Under the pieces are notes generated by a model, which saw nothing but the letters and a program-made list of their open reading frames with translations, did no database searches and had not been told where the DNA came from. This document shows, one piece after another, positions 9,152 to 17,108 of a stretch of DNA of 32,000 bases. The position numbers and the translations under genes are program-made. Origin of the DNA: Anaerosporomusa subterranea (GTDB lineage Bacteria; Bacillota; Negativicutes; Sporomusales; Acetonemataceae); NCBI RefSeq assembly GCF_001611555.1, contig NZ_LSGP01000020.1, forward strand, positions 1 to 32,000, read 5' to 3'. Position 1 is the first letter of the stretch, and every line of letters begins with the position of its first letter.

Positions 9152-9195
9152 ATCTGTATGGATCATCTGACAAAGTAGTTGAGTAAAGCGACTAG

Positions 9196-9235
9196 GAAGA
9201 TCGCCGCGTAGCGCGGCGATCTTCTTCATTTTTAA
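9196..9235 (+). terminator. rho-independent terminator after the lipoprotein gene
   Basis: GAAGATCGCCGC (9196-9207) / GCGGCGATCTTC (9213-9224), followed by TTCATTTTT. Confidence 0.8.
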
Positions 9236-9355
9236 CATCTTTGCTCACCTTTGATTTCCAGACGAATGATCGCCGTATACTATGATCACAATATAGTTTC
9301 GAGTTATAATCATACATAGAATAAACTTACTATCTCTGCGTGGGAGGGAAAGCGT

Positions 9356-9790
9356 ATGGAACAATATCTCTGGCTAATTTATGCTTTGCTGGCGGCGTTA
9401 ACCGCCGCCCTAGTATCGATCTTCGGCAAAATTGGCCTTCAGTCAATTGATGCCAATTCCGCCACTGCAATCCGCTCAATCATCATGGCCGCGTTCCTTG
9501 TGTTAGTCGTCGCCTTGCAAGGCAATCTTAGCAAACTTCCCGTGATTTTCGCGGATAAGAAGGCAATTTCATTTATTTTTCTCAGCGGCATCGCCGGTGC
9601 TTCATCCTGGCTTTTCTATTTCTTAGCATTGAAATATGGCAAGGTGTCACAAGTCGCCCCGATTGACAAACTTAGTGTAGTGGTTGCGACTGTATTAGCG
9701 ATCGGCTTCTTAGGCGAGAAGATCAGCATGATCAGCGGCTTGGGGATATTACTGATCGGCGTTGGCGCAATCATGGTCGCACTTGGCTGA
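9356..9790 (+). CDS. small EamA/DMT-superfamily membrane protein (single 5-TM half)
   Basis: 144 aa with four to five hydrophobic helices and an EamA-like C-terminal pattern (VAPIDKLSVVVATVLAIGFLGEKIS). RBS GGGAGGGA. Confidence 0.65.
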   Translation: MEQYLWLIYALLAALTAALVSIFGKIGLQSIDANSATAIRSIIMAAFLVLVVALQGNLSKLPVIFADKKAISFIFLSGIAGASSWLFYFLALKYGKVSQVAPIDKLSVVVATVLAIGFLGEKISMISGLGILLIGVGAIMVALG

Positions 9791-9793
9791 ACT

Positions 9794-11053
9794 TCACTGT
9801 GCAATGAAGAATTTATAATCAGATATTGATGCGTCCTGTGCGGTTATTCTTCGATAATTTATATCATCAAAATACTTCTCTAGGGTAGCTACAACATTAG
9901 CATCTAGAGCTCCGTCCAAACAATGCTGTTTGATGATCTTCATCACTTCACTGTTAGTCATACCTTTGCGATAAGGGCGATCTTCCGTAACTGCGGTGAA
10001 TATGTCAGCTACCGCCATGATCCGCGAGCCAAGGGACAGACAGTTTCTATTTAAATGGAACGGGTAGCCCTTGCCGTCAAGCCGCTCGTGATGAAAACTT
10101 CCCCAAGCATTAATGGTTTTCAGATCGGCTATCGGCTCAAGCGTCCGATAGCCGTGATAAGTGTGAGCCTTAATGATTCGCCATTCATCAGCTGTTAACT
10201 TCCCGGGTTTTTCAAGAATTTCTGTAGGCACAGCCAGTTTCCCCAGATCGTGCAGATAGCCGGCGATTTGCATGGTCAAACATTCTTGTTCAGAGAAGGC
10301 CATTAATTCAGCGATGGCAACAGCGCTAGCTGCAACTCCCGTTGAATGCGTGGCAGTGAATGGACTGCGGAAATCAATCATTTGTGCAAAGAACTGAGCC
10401 AGGCGGGTTAGCCCCTGGTTATCAAAGATAGCTGTCTCATCTTTGACTAAACGCTGAAGAAACGATGCCGTCAACCGGTGCCTGATATCAAGCCAAAAAT
10501 ACTCTTTTGCCGCCAGTCCGGAAAAGGCTTCGACATGTTCTGGCTTGAACTCGGTTCCAGAAAGCTCGCCCACCTTAGCGACAATGGCATTGGCTTGCTC
10601 ACTTAAATCTACATCCTGGTTAATCAGTACAGCGATTCGATCAGCCAGATGAATGATATGACTATGCTCAGGCGCCTTACCGCCTTCATGTTCACAGCCT
10701 TTCCCGTGATGCCATGAAACATGATGATAGCGTACAATATCAGAGATGCCATCAAAAGGATCCAGCAGCTTAAGTAAGCGATAGCCCACTTCAGCGTGTC
10801 GGTGAGGGTCCTTCACTTCAAAATCCAGGACTTTCACTCTGTCTGTCAGTGAAAGCGCACCCAGGTCATGAAGCGCTCCGGCCAATAGGATGTTTTTGCG
10901 TTCTTTATGTGAAAAGCCTAGTTCTTTCGAGATACAAAAAGCTATATAGGCGACCAGCTTATGATGATTAGCCAGCAATGGACTCATGAGGTCTGTAGTG
11001 CTGGCAATAGAGGAAACCAACTGCAATATAGGTATTTGCATTTCCCTGATCAT
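9794..11053 (-). CDS. tandem HD-domain protein: degenerate HD domain plus canonical HD-GYP c-di-GMP phosphodiesterase domain
   Basis: N-terminal half: HHKLV...ALHDLG...RYHHVSWHHGKG, with no GYP. C-terminal half: YLHDLGKLAVP...HHERLDGKGYP. The ATG at 11053 is preferred, 5 nt after AAAGGTGG. The longest ORF starts with GTG at 11062. Confidence 0.85.
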   Translation of the reverse strand: MIREMQIPILQLVSSIASTTDLMSPLLANHHKLVAYIAFCISKELGFSHKERKNILLAGALHDLGALSLTDRVKVLDFEVKDPHRHAEVGYRLLKLLDPFDGISDIVRYHHVSWHHGKGCEHEGGKAPEHSHIIHLADRIAVLINQDVDLSEQANAIVAKVGELSGTEFKPEHVEAFSGLAAKEYFWLDIRHRLTASFLQRLVKDETAIFDNQGLTRLAQFFAQMIDFRSPFTATHSTGVAASAVAIAELMAFSEQECLTMQIAGYLHDLGKLAVPTEILEKPGKLTADEWRIIKAHTYHGYRTLEPIADLKTINAWGSFHHERLDGKGYPFHLNRNCLSLGSRIMAVADIFTAVTEDRPYRKGMTNSEVMKIIKQHCLDGALDANVVATLEKYFDDINYRRITAQDASISDYKFFIAQ

Positions 11054-11201
11054 GTTATCCACCTTTCCTATCTATATAACCCCATAGCATCGCCCGCTCC
11101 CAAAGAGCAGGCAATAATATGTGGCAATTCTCGTCATGTACATAAAAATCCTGCCTGAGCAGAACTCCCTCAACGTTAAACACAGACGAATCATATTTTT
11201 C

Positions 11202-11230
11202 TTGACAAGAGCATATTGCGAAGATAAAAT
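11202..11230 (+). promoter_or_regulatory. sigma-A type promoter of the GGDEF/HD-GYP operon
   Basis: TTGACA (11202-11207), 17 nt, TAAAAT (11225-11230). Confidence 0.6.
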
Positions 11231-11250
11231 AGCAATGATAATCATTCTCA
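11231..11250. promoter_or_regulatory. Fur box (ferric uptake regulator operator) overlapping the predicted transcription start
   Basis: AGCAATGATAATCATTCTC matches the 19-bp consensus GATAATGATAATCATTATC at 15 of 19 positions. The core TGATAATcATTCTCA (11236-11250) matches the Bacillus 7-1-7 box TGATAATnATTATCA at 14 of 15. Confidence 0.7.
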
Positions 11251-11278
11251 ATGTCCACCAGTAATGCGGAGACTTTAC

Positions 11279-12376
11279 ATGAAAATATACACGAAACTGC
11301 GCTGGATGTATTTGGTCTTCTCACTAAGTCCGCTGGCATTAATCTTATGGCTGGGATATCAAACACGTTTAGAACAAGACCCCCTATTCAACCAACTTAT
11401 GGCTTCAGGGATTATTGCTGCCTTGTTTATTGCCTTTACCGGGCCATGGATCACTCAACAATGGATATTTCTGCACCAGATCAAGCGAATTGAAAAATTT
11501 TGCAGAAAAATAAGAGAGGGCGAATACGAGAGCACACTGCCAGTGCCCAACGAGAGTCGTGATAAAGATGAGGAGAATGAGATGATCAATCTGATGCGCG
11601 ACTTAAACTGGATGGCGCATCGCATTGGCAATCGTGAAAAAGAGCTACACCGCTCGATCAACGAATTATCTGAGTCGCATCGCGAAATTCGCGAAAAATC
11701 GTTACACTTGGAACAGGCGAATTCTTCCTTGAAGCTGGCGCAAATGCAACTTCAGGCTCAAAAGACTGAACTTGAGCAGGCGTTTGCCCAGATGCATCTA
11801 TTGGCAATGACAGATGCGTTAACGCAAATCGCGAACCGGCGCTCCTTCTTTGATTCTTTCCATCATATCCTTACTTTTGCTCAGCGAGAAAAGCGTCCAG
11901 TTTCATTATTAATGCTAGATATCGATCACTTCAAACAAATAAATGATCAGTACGGACACCAAGCCGGTGACTGGGTATTGATCGAACTGGCATCACGTTT
12001 GCGCGCTTGCATCAGGCATTCAGACATAGCAGCGCGCATTGGCGGCGAAGAATTTGCTTTGTTATTGCCAGAAACAGATTATTCCGGCGCTTCGACCATA
12101 GCTAATCGTATCTATGCCGCGATTAACCAGCAGGCTTTTGAATTGCCGGAGAATCCAGGGACTCGGGTTACCGCGTCGTTAGGAATGTGCAGTCTGAATC
12201 CCAATTCTCCCTATCCGGCTTTAGATGTGTTTGTCCATTATGCAGATCAGGCTTTGTATTGCTGCAAACAGGAGGGGAGAAACGGCATCTGCCGTTACGA
12301 CCCGGCAAGTCATTCAATAAATAAAATAGCGCCCGCAGCATTCCAGCCATACATAACTCGATCTAAAACAAATTGA
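11279..12376 (+). CDS. membrane-anchored diguanylate cyclase (TM, HAMP-like, coiled coil, GGDEF)
   Basis: Active-site RIGGEEFALLLP, DHFKQINDQYGHQAGD, two N-terminal hydrophobic helices, and a coiled-coil linker. The ATG at 11279 lies 6 nt after GGAGA. The longest ORF starts at 11264. Confidence 0.9.
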   Translation: MKIYTKLRWMYLVFSLSPLALILWLGYQTRLEQDPLFNQLMASGIIAALFIAFTGPWITQQWIFLHQIKRIEKFCRKIREGEYESTLPVPNESRDKDEENEMINLMRDLNWMAHRIGNREKELHRSINELSESHREIREKSLHLEQANSSLKLAQMQLQAQKTELEQAFAQMHLLAMTDALTQIANRRSFFDSFHHILTFAQREKRPVSLLMLDIDHFKQINDQYGHQAGDWVLIELASRLRACIRHSDIAARIGGEEFALLLPETDYSGASTIANRIYAAINQQAFELPENPGTRVTASLGMCSLNPNSPYPALDVFVHYADQALYCCKQEGRNGICRYDPASHSINKIAPAAFQPYITRSKTN

Positions 12377-12397
12377 AGCAGCAAAGGATTCTGTCGC

Positions 12398-13006
12398 ATG
12401 ATTTCTCACTTTTCTCTAGCTGACCTTCACCAAATTGTTGATGCTCTCACAGCCGCTCTTGACGCAAAAAATGACTATACCTGCGGGCATTCCTGCCGAG
12501 TAGCCGGTTTATGCCAAGCTATCGCTCAACAGTTACGACTTTCAATAGCAGAGCAGCAATCGCTCGATATCGCCGCCCACCTCCATGATATCGGCAAGAT
12601 TGGCATACCAGACTCGGTGCTGTTAAAGCCAGGCCGATTGACACCGGAGGAATTTGCGATCATTAAAACGCATCCAGTCATCGGCTTTTCGATTGTTAAC
12701 AAAGTAACCTTGCTGGCTGAAGTGGCGCAAATCATTTTGCATCACCACGAAAGAATGGATGGACAGGGATACCCGGGATGTTTAGTTGGCGATGCTATTC
12801 CTCTTGGCTCACGTATTATTGCCGTCTGTGATGCGTTCGATGCCATGACTAGCAATCGCTCTTATCGAACCTGCATTTCCGGAGAGCAGGCACTGGCTGA
12901 ATTGTGGCGGTGTGCGGGAACCCAGTTCGATCCGAATATTGTAACCGCCTTTAGTCAAATGTTGAAAAGTTCGTCATTTGCCAGTTTCGTCGCTGTCACT
13001 AATTAA
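12398..13006 (+). CDS. stand-alone HD-GYP domain c-di-GMP phosphodiesterase
   Basis: HLHDIGKIGIPDSVLLKPGRLTPEEF...HHHERMDGQGYP. It starts 21 nt after the GGDEF gene stop, so the two are probably co-transcribed. Confidence 0.9.
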   Translation: MISHFSLADLHQIVDALTAALDAKNDYTCGHSCRVAGLCQAIAQQLRLSIAEQQSLDIAAHLHDIGKIGIPDSVLLKPGRLTPEEFAIIKTHPVIGFSIVNKVTLLAEVAQIILHHHERMDGQGYPGCLVGDAIPLGSRIIAVCDAFDAMTSNRSYRTCISGEQALAELWRCAGTQFDPNIVTAFSQMLKSSSFASFVAVTN

Positions 13007-13034
13007 GATGAACTTATTTTTTTCCTCATCTATT

Positions 13035-13053
13035 GAGAATGGATTTCATTCTC
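13035..13053. promoter_or_regulatory. Fur-like operator upstream of feoA
   Basis: Perfect dyad GAGAATG-N5-CATTCTC. The 19-mer matches the Fur consensus at 13 of 19 positions and shares CATTCTC with the box at 11231-11250. Confidence 0.5.
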
Positions 13054-13084
13054 TTGTTTAAAGAAAGTACAGGAGGTAGATTTG

Positions 13085-13357
13085 ATGCGAACAACATTAA
13101 ACCAACTTGCCCCCGGTGAGACCGGCATTGTCGCCAAGGTGCGGGGCGGTGGTTCCATTCAACGGAGAATTATCGATATGGGAGTGGTGGCCGGTACACC
13201 GATTGAGATGCTAAAGTTTGCTCCTCTCGGCGACCCGGTGGAGGTCAGAGTAAAAGGCTTTAATCTCTCGCTGCGCAAGGCAGAAGCCGAATTCATTGAA
13301 CTGGATATTCCAGTGAAGGAGGAGCATCATGCCATTAAGTCTGATGAAAACCGGTGA
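13085..13357 (+). CDS. feoA: ferrous iron transport protein A
   Basis: FeoA SH3-like pattern: L..L..GETGIVAKV...RRIIDMGVVAGTPIEMLKFAPLGDPVEVRVKGFNLSLRKAEA. AGGAGG lies 8 nt upstream of the ATG. Confidence 0.85.
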   Translation: MRTTLNQLAPGETGIVAKVRGGGSIQRRIIDMGVVAGTPIEMLKFAPLGDPVEVRVKGFNLSLRKAEAEFIELDIPVKEEHHAIKSDENR

Positions 13358-13550
13358 GCACTGCCGGGTCTCTGCAGTCCAGGGACCAGCTGATGTATCC
13401 AGACGGTTAACGAATTTAGGATTTACCGCCGGCGAACCAGTGACAGTCGTAGGCAAATGCGGTTCAGCAGTTATTGTTTGTGTACGCGATTGCCGCATCG
13501 CGCTCGATAGCGGCGCTGCATGCTGCATCTGCGTCAGTGAACTAAATTGA
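13329..13550 (+). CDS. feoA: second FeoA-family protein
   Basis: LSLMKTGEHCRVSAV...RRLTNLGFTAGEPVTVVGK...VIVCVRDCRIALD. RBS GAAGGAGGA. It overlaps the first feoA by 29 nt. Confidence 0.75.
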   Translation: MPLSLMKTGEHCRVSAVQGPADVSRRLTNLGFTAGEPVTVVGKCGSAVIVCVRDCRIALDSGAACCICVSELN

Positions 13551-13571
13551 GAAATGAAACGGAGGATCAAG

Positions 13572-15944
13572 ATGAAAGCTACACATCGCTGGACAGTCGC
13601 CTTAGCAGGCAACCCGAACTCGGGTAAATCCACTGTCTTTAATAACTTAACCGGCTCAAGCCAACATGTAGGCAACTATCCCGGTGTAACCGTGGAAAAA
13701 CGCGAGGGCTTTGCCGGCAGTGATAATAAGGAATTCCGCATTGTCGACTTGCCGGGAACCTATAGTCTGACCGCTTACTCAGAAGACGAAGTGGTTGCCA
13801 GACGTTTTATTGTCGAAGAAAAACCGGATGTCGTTGCCAATATTATCGATGCATCCAACCTGGAGCGGAACCTTTATCTCACCGCTCAGCTGCTTGAACT
13901 GGAACAGCCGACAGTACTAGTGTTAAATATGATCGACGTCGCTAGCGGACGCGGTTACTCGATTAATAACAAGGCCCTGGAAGAAGTCTTCGCCTCACCG
14001 GTTGTCCGGACAGTCGGCAGCCGTAATCAAGGCACGAAAGAAATACTAGCCGCGTGTGCCGCATCGGCCGGACAGCAACACCAATCCTGGCGGATTGACT
14101 ACGGCAACCTTGAATCTGCGATCGAACAACTCAGCCACGAACTCACCGCCAACGGCGAAGGCTTGCGATTTCCGGTTCGTTGGCTGGCAATCAAGCTGCT
14201 CGAAAACGATGAAGAAATACTGCGTCTGATACGCGACCTTAGCGCTGGGCAAACAATCATTCATCGGGCAGCCAAACTTCGGCAAGAGCTCCAGACAAAA
14301 AATGACGAAGACCCGGAGCTGACCATTGCTGACCGCCGTTATCAGTTTGTCGGCAAAGTCCTCAGCCGGATTCTCACCGTCCAGTCAGATAAAAACCAAA
14401 CTACCTCTGACAAAATTGATAAAGTCTTAACAAACCGGATATTTGGTTTGCCAATCTTTTTCGCTCTCATGTGGCTTCTTTTTAATCTCGTATTTACGTT
14501 GGCCGAAGCTCCCCAGTCATGGCTGGAAGACGGCGCAGCGGCTCTAGGAACCTGGGTTGGCGCACATATGGCAGAAGGTGATTTACGTTCTTTGCTTGTC
14601 GATGGCATCATTGGCGGCGTTGGCGGCGTAATAGTCTTTTTACCGCAAATATTGCTATTATTCTTTGGTATTGCCTTGCTCGAGGGAAGCGGCTATATGG
14701 CCAGAGCTGCCTTCATCATGGATAGAGTGCTACGCTCTGTTGGTCTGCATGGTAAATCATTCATTCCGATGTTGTTAGGCTTTGGCTGCACGGTGCCGGC
14801 GGTAATGGCAACAAGGACGCTCGAAAACCCGCGGGACCGCTTAGTCACCATCCTGGTTTCCCCGTTCATGAGCTGCAGCGCTCGTCTGCCTGTATATACA
14901 GTGCTGATTTCCGCCTTTTTTAGCAAGGAATCTGCTGGCAGCGTTTTGTTTTCCATCTATGTTCTCGGCATTGTCATCGCAGTACTCATGGCTCGTATTT
15001 TCCGCAGCTTTCTCTTTAAGGGCGCTGTCGAACCGTTTGTCATGGAGCTGCCACCTTATCACCTGCCGACCTTGCGCAGTGTGCTGATACAGATGTGGGA
15101 ACGCGGAGTTCTCTATTTGCGGAAAGCCGGTACAATTATTCTCGCCGTCTCAGTGCTGATCTGGTTTTTAACCAATTATCCCAGCGAAGTACAGTACAGC
15201 AAAGATTACGACACTCTAATTACCCAGTCGCAGACTCTGTTTGAAGAACAGGCTGCCAAGGAAATTGCTCCCGCTCTCCAAGTTGAGAACATCGAACAAC
15301 ACCAGGACTTTATGGCTTTGCTAGAAAAAGCGCAAGCAATTGATGAAGACTTTGAAAAGCAAACAGCAGAACTTGAGTCTGACAGTCCTGAATTTGCCGC
15401 CATTGAATTGGCGAAAGAAGAGCAGTTTGCCGCATTAAAGGCAGAAAACGAAAAACTCTTTAGCCTCGCAGAGCGTTATCAGGAGCTCAAAGCAACCGCA
15501 GAAGACGAAGTAGCGGCTCTTGAGCAAGAGCAAGCAGCAGAGAAGCTCGTCGCCAGTTATGCTGGCCGTATTGGTCAAGCCATCGAGCCATTAGTCAAAC
15601 CCCTAGGCTTTGATTGGAAAATCAGCATTGGTCTCTTTGCTGGAGTTGCCGCCAAAGAAGTGCTGGTAAGCACGTTAGGAACCATCTATAGCGTCGGCGA
15701 AGCGGATGAAACATCTGTCGCCCTGCAGGAAGCCTTGGTTGCCGACCCGGTGTTTAGTCCTCTGGTAGCCTACACGCTAATGGTGTTTGTGCTGTTATAC
15801 TCACCTTGCTTTGCTGCCCTTGCCGTTATTCGGCGGGAAACGAATTCCTGGAAATGGTCTTTGTTCACCATGGTATATACGATCGTTGTCGCCTGGGTAG
15901 TCAGCTTCCTGGTCTACACCATCGGCGGTTTACTAGGATTCTAG
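13572..15944 (+). CDS. feoB: ferrous iron transporter FeoB
   Basis: G-domain motifs: G1 GNPNSGKST, G3 DLPG, G4 NMID. These are followed by the helical domain and a polytopic membrane domain with gate motifs. The ATG at 13572 lies 6 nt after GGAGG. The longest ORF starts at 13554. Confidence 0.95.
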   Translation: MKATHRWTVALAGNPNSGKSTVFNNLTGSSQHVGNYPGVTVEKREGFAGSDNKEFRIVDLPGTYSLTAYSEDEVVARRFIVEEKPDVVANIIDASNLERNLYLTAQLLELEQPTVLVLNMIDVASGRGYSINNKALEEVFASPVVRTVGSRNQGTKEILAACAASAGQQHQSWRIDYGNLESAIEQLSHELTANGEGLRFPVRWLAIKLLENDEEILRLIRDLSAGQTIIHRAAKLRQELQTKNDEDPELTIADRRYQFVGKVLSRILTVQSDKNQTTSDKIDKVLTNRIFGLPIFFALMWLLFNLVFTLAEAPQSWLEDGAAALGTWVGAHMAEGDLRSLLVDGIIGGVGGVIVFLPQILLLFFGIALLEGSGYMARAAFIMDRVLRSVGLHGKSFIPMLLGFGCTVPAVMATRTLENPRDRLVTILVSPFMSCSARLPVYTVLISAFFSKESAGSVLFSIYVLGIVIAVLMARIFRSFLFKGAVEPFVMELPPYHLPTLRSVLIQMWERGVLYLRKAGTIILAVSVLIWFLTNYPSEVQYSKDYDTLITQSQTLFEEQAAKEIAPALQVENIEQHQDFMALLEKAQAIDEDFEKQTAELESDSPEFAAIELAKEEQFAALKAENEKLFSLAERYQELKATAEDEVAALEQEQAAEKLVASYAGRIGQAIEPLVKPLGFDWKISIGLFAGVAAKEVLVSTLGTIYSVGEADETSVALQEALVADPVFSPLVAYTLMVFVLLYSPCFAALAVIRRETNSWKWSLFTMVYTIVVAWVVSFLVYTIGGLLGF

Positions 15945-16115
15945 CATTTAGTTTAGTGTTTAGTTTTTAGAAAGTCTGCTTTGCGGCTTGTGTCCCTCGT
16001 GGGCCTCGCGCTATCGTACTTCTTCTCGTACTACTTCGTGTACTTTTGAAACCGTAACCCCGGCATCTTCGCAAACTTATAATTGCCGGTAGTTAAAATA
16101 ATAGGAGGAATTATC

Positions 16116-17054
16116 ATGAAAAAAGCTGCATTGTCATCACTGCTTACTGCACTGGTTATTACTGCAACCGCTACTACTGCTTTGGCGGCTGAAGCGGCAG
16201 ACAATAGAACTCTCTCCGTCTCTGGTGAAGCAACACTGCAGTGGGAAAGAGTAAAACCCAAAGCTGATCCTGACAGCCACACTGGCGAGCAAACATTTAT
16301 CCTCAACTTCAGCCAGCCACTGTCAGATAACGTATCTGCATACGCACGATTTGCTTACCGGAATTTTGGCGGCGATAATATAGATGATTCCATCCACGAA
16401 GTTGACCAATTCGGCCTGATCTATGAAGCTCCTGGCGGCACGCTGACTCTCGGTTCGCAAGAGGCAGAGCTCGGAACACTCTCCGGTCTGGCCGATCTGA
16501 CTGAAGTTGGACGGGATAACATGTTTCGCGGCGCAACCTGGGCCAGTGAAAGTGAACAAAAAAATCTCAAGCTATTAGTTGGCAAAGTCGATAAAAACTT
16601 GCTTGAGACCAATAACAACAAAACAGTAACAGGTCTCGAAGTTAGCAAAGTCTTCGGCGACGTGACAGTATCTGGCGAATATCTGCATGTAAGCAATAAT
16701 CCCAGCGTCAACTCAGTTTACGGGTTAGGACTAAAAACCGCTGTGGACAAATGGGAGTTCGCCTTTGAAGGGCTGCGCTCTTCAGCTGACCAAGCTGCCT
16801 CCGGGATGCTGGCCGGCGTAACCTACGCGGCAACGGAAAAAGAAACCATCAGCGCAACCTACCGCAATCTCAAAGCCAATTCGGTCGTCACCGGCCTGGC
16901 TACCTACGACGCCAATACGAAAGGTATAGAACTGGCCTGGGAAAAGAGTCTCACTGATCGTTGGAGCGTTAAGCTCAGCCACGAATGGGCAAAGACCATT
17001 GACACACAGAATAAAGAGCGAATCGCCGCAATCGAAACTACATATACGTTTTAA
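16116..17054 (+). CDS. outer-membrane beta-barrel (porin-like) protein
   Basis: Sec signal peptide MKKAALSSLLTALVITATATTALA/AE. Alternating hydrophobic beta-strand pattern throughout, and a C-terminal beta-signal ending ETTYTF. AGGAGG lies 7 nt upstream of the ATG. No SLH domain is present. Confidence 0.65.
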   Translation: MKKAALSSLLTALVITATATTALAAEAADNRTLSVSGEATLQWERVKPKADPDSHTGEQTFILNFSQPLSDNVSAYARFAYRNFGGDNIDDSIHEVDQFGLIYEAPGGTLTLGSQEAELGTLSGLADLTEVGRDNMFRGATWASESEQKNLKLLVGKVDKNLLETNNNKTVTGLEVSKVFGDVTVSGEYLHVSNNPSVNSVYGLGLKTAVDKWEFAFEGLRSSADQAASGMLAGVTYAATEKETISATYRNLKANSVVTGLATYDANTKGIELAWEKSLTDRWSVKLSHEWAKTIDTQNKERIAAIETTYTF

Positions 17055-17058
17055 TATG

Positions 17059-17098
17059 AAAACACCGCAAGCGCCGAACTAACGCTTGCGGTGTTTTA
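17059..17098. terminator. bidirectional rho-independent terminator
   Basis: CACCGCAAGCG (17063-17073) / CGCTTGCGGTG (17083-17093), flanked by AAAA on the left and TTTTATTT on the right. It lies between convergent genes. Confidence 0.85.
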
Positions 17099-17108
17099 TT
17101 TACTAGGT

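Noticed and set aside
15948-15970. Four UAG/TTTAG units after the feoB stop, considered as a TRAP-like (trp RNA-binding attenuation protein) or similar multimeric RNA-binding site.
   Set aside because: There are only four triplets with irregular 5-7 nt spacing, whereas known TRAP sites have 9-11. It may simply be AT-rich low complexity. It is kept only as a note within the feoB-porin spacer finding.
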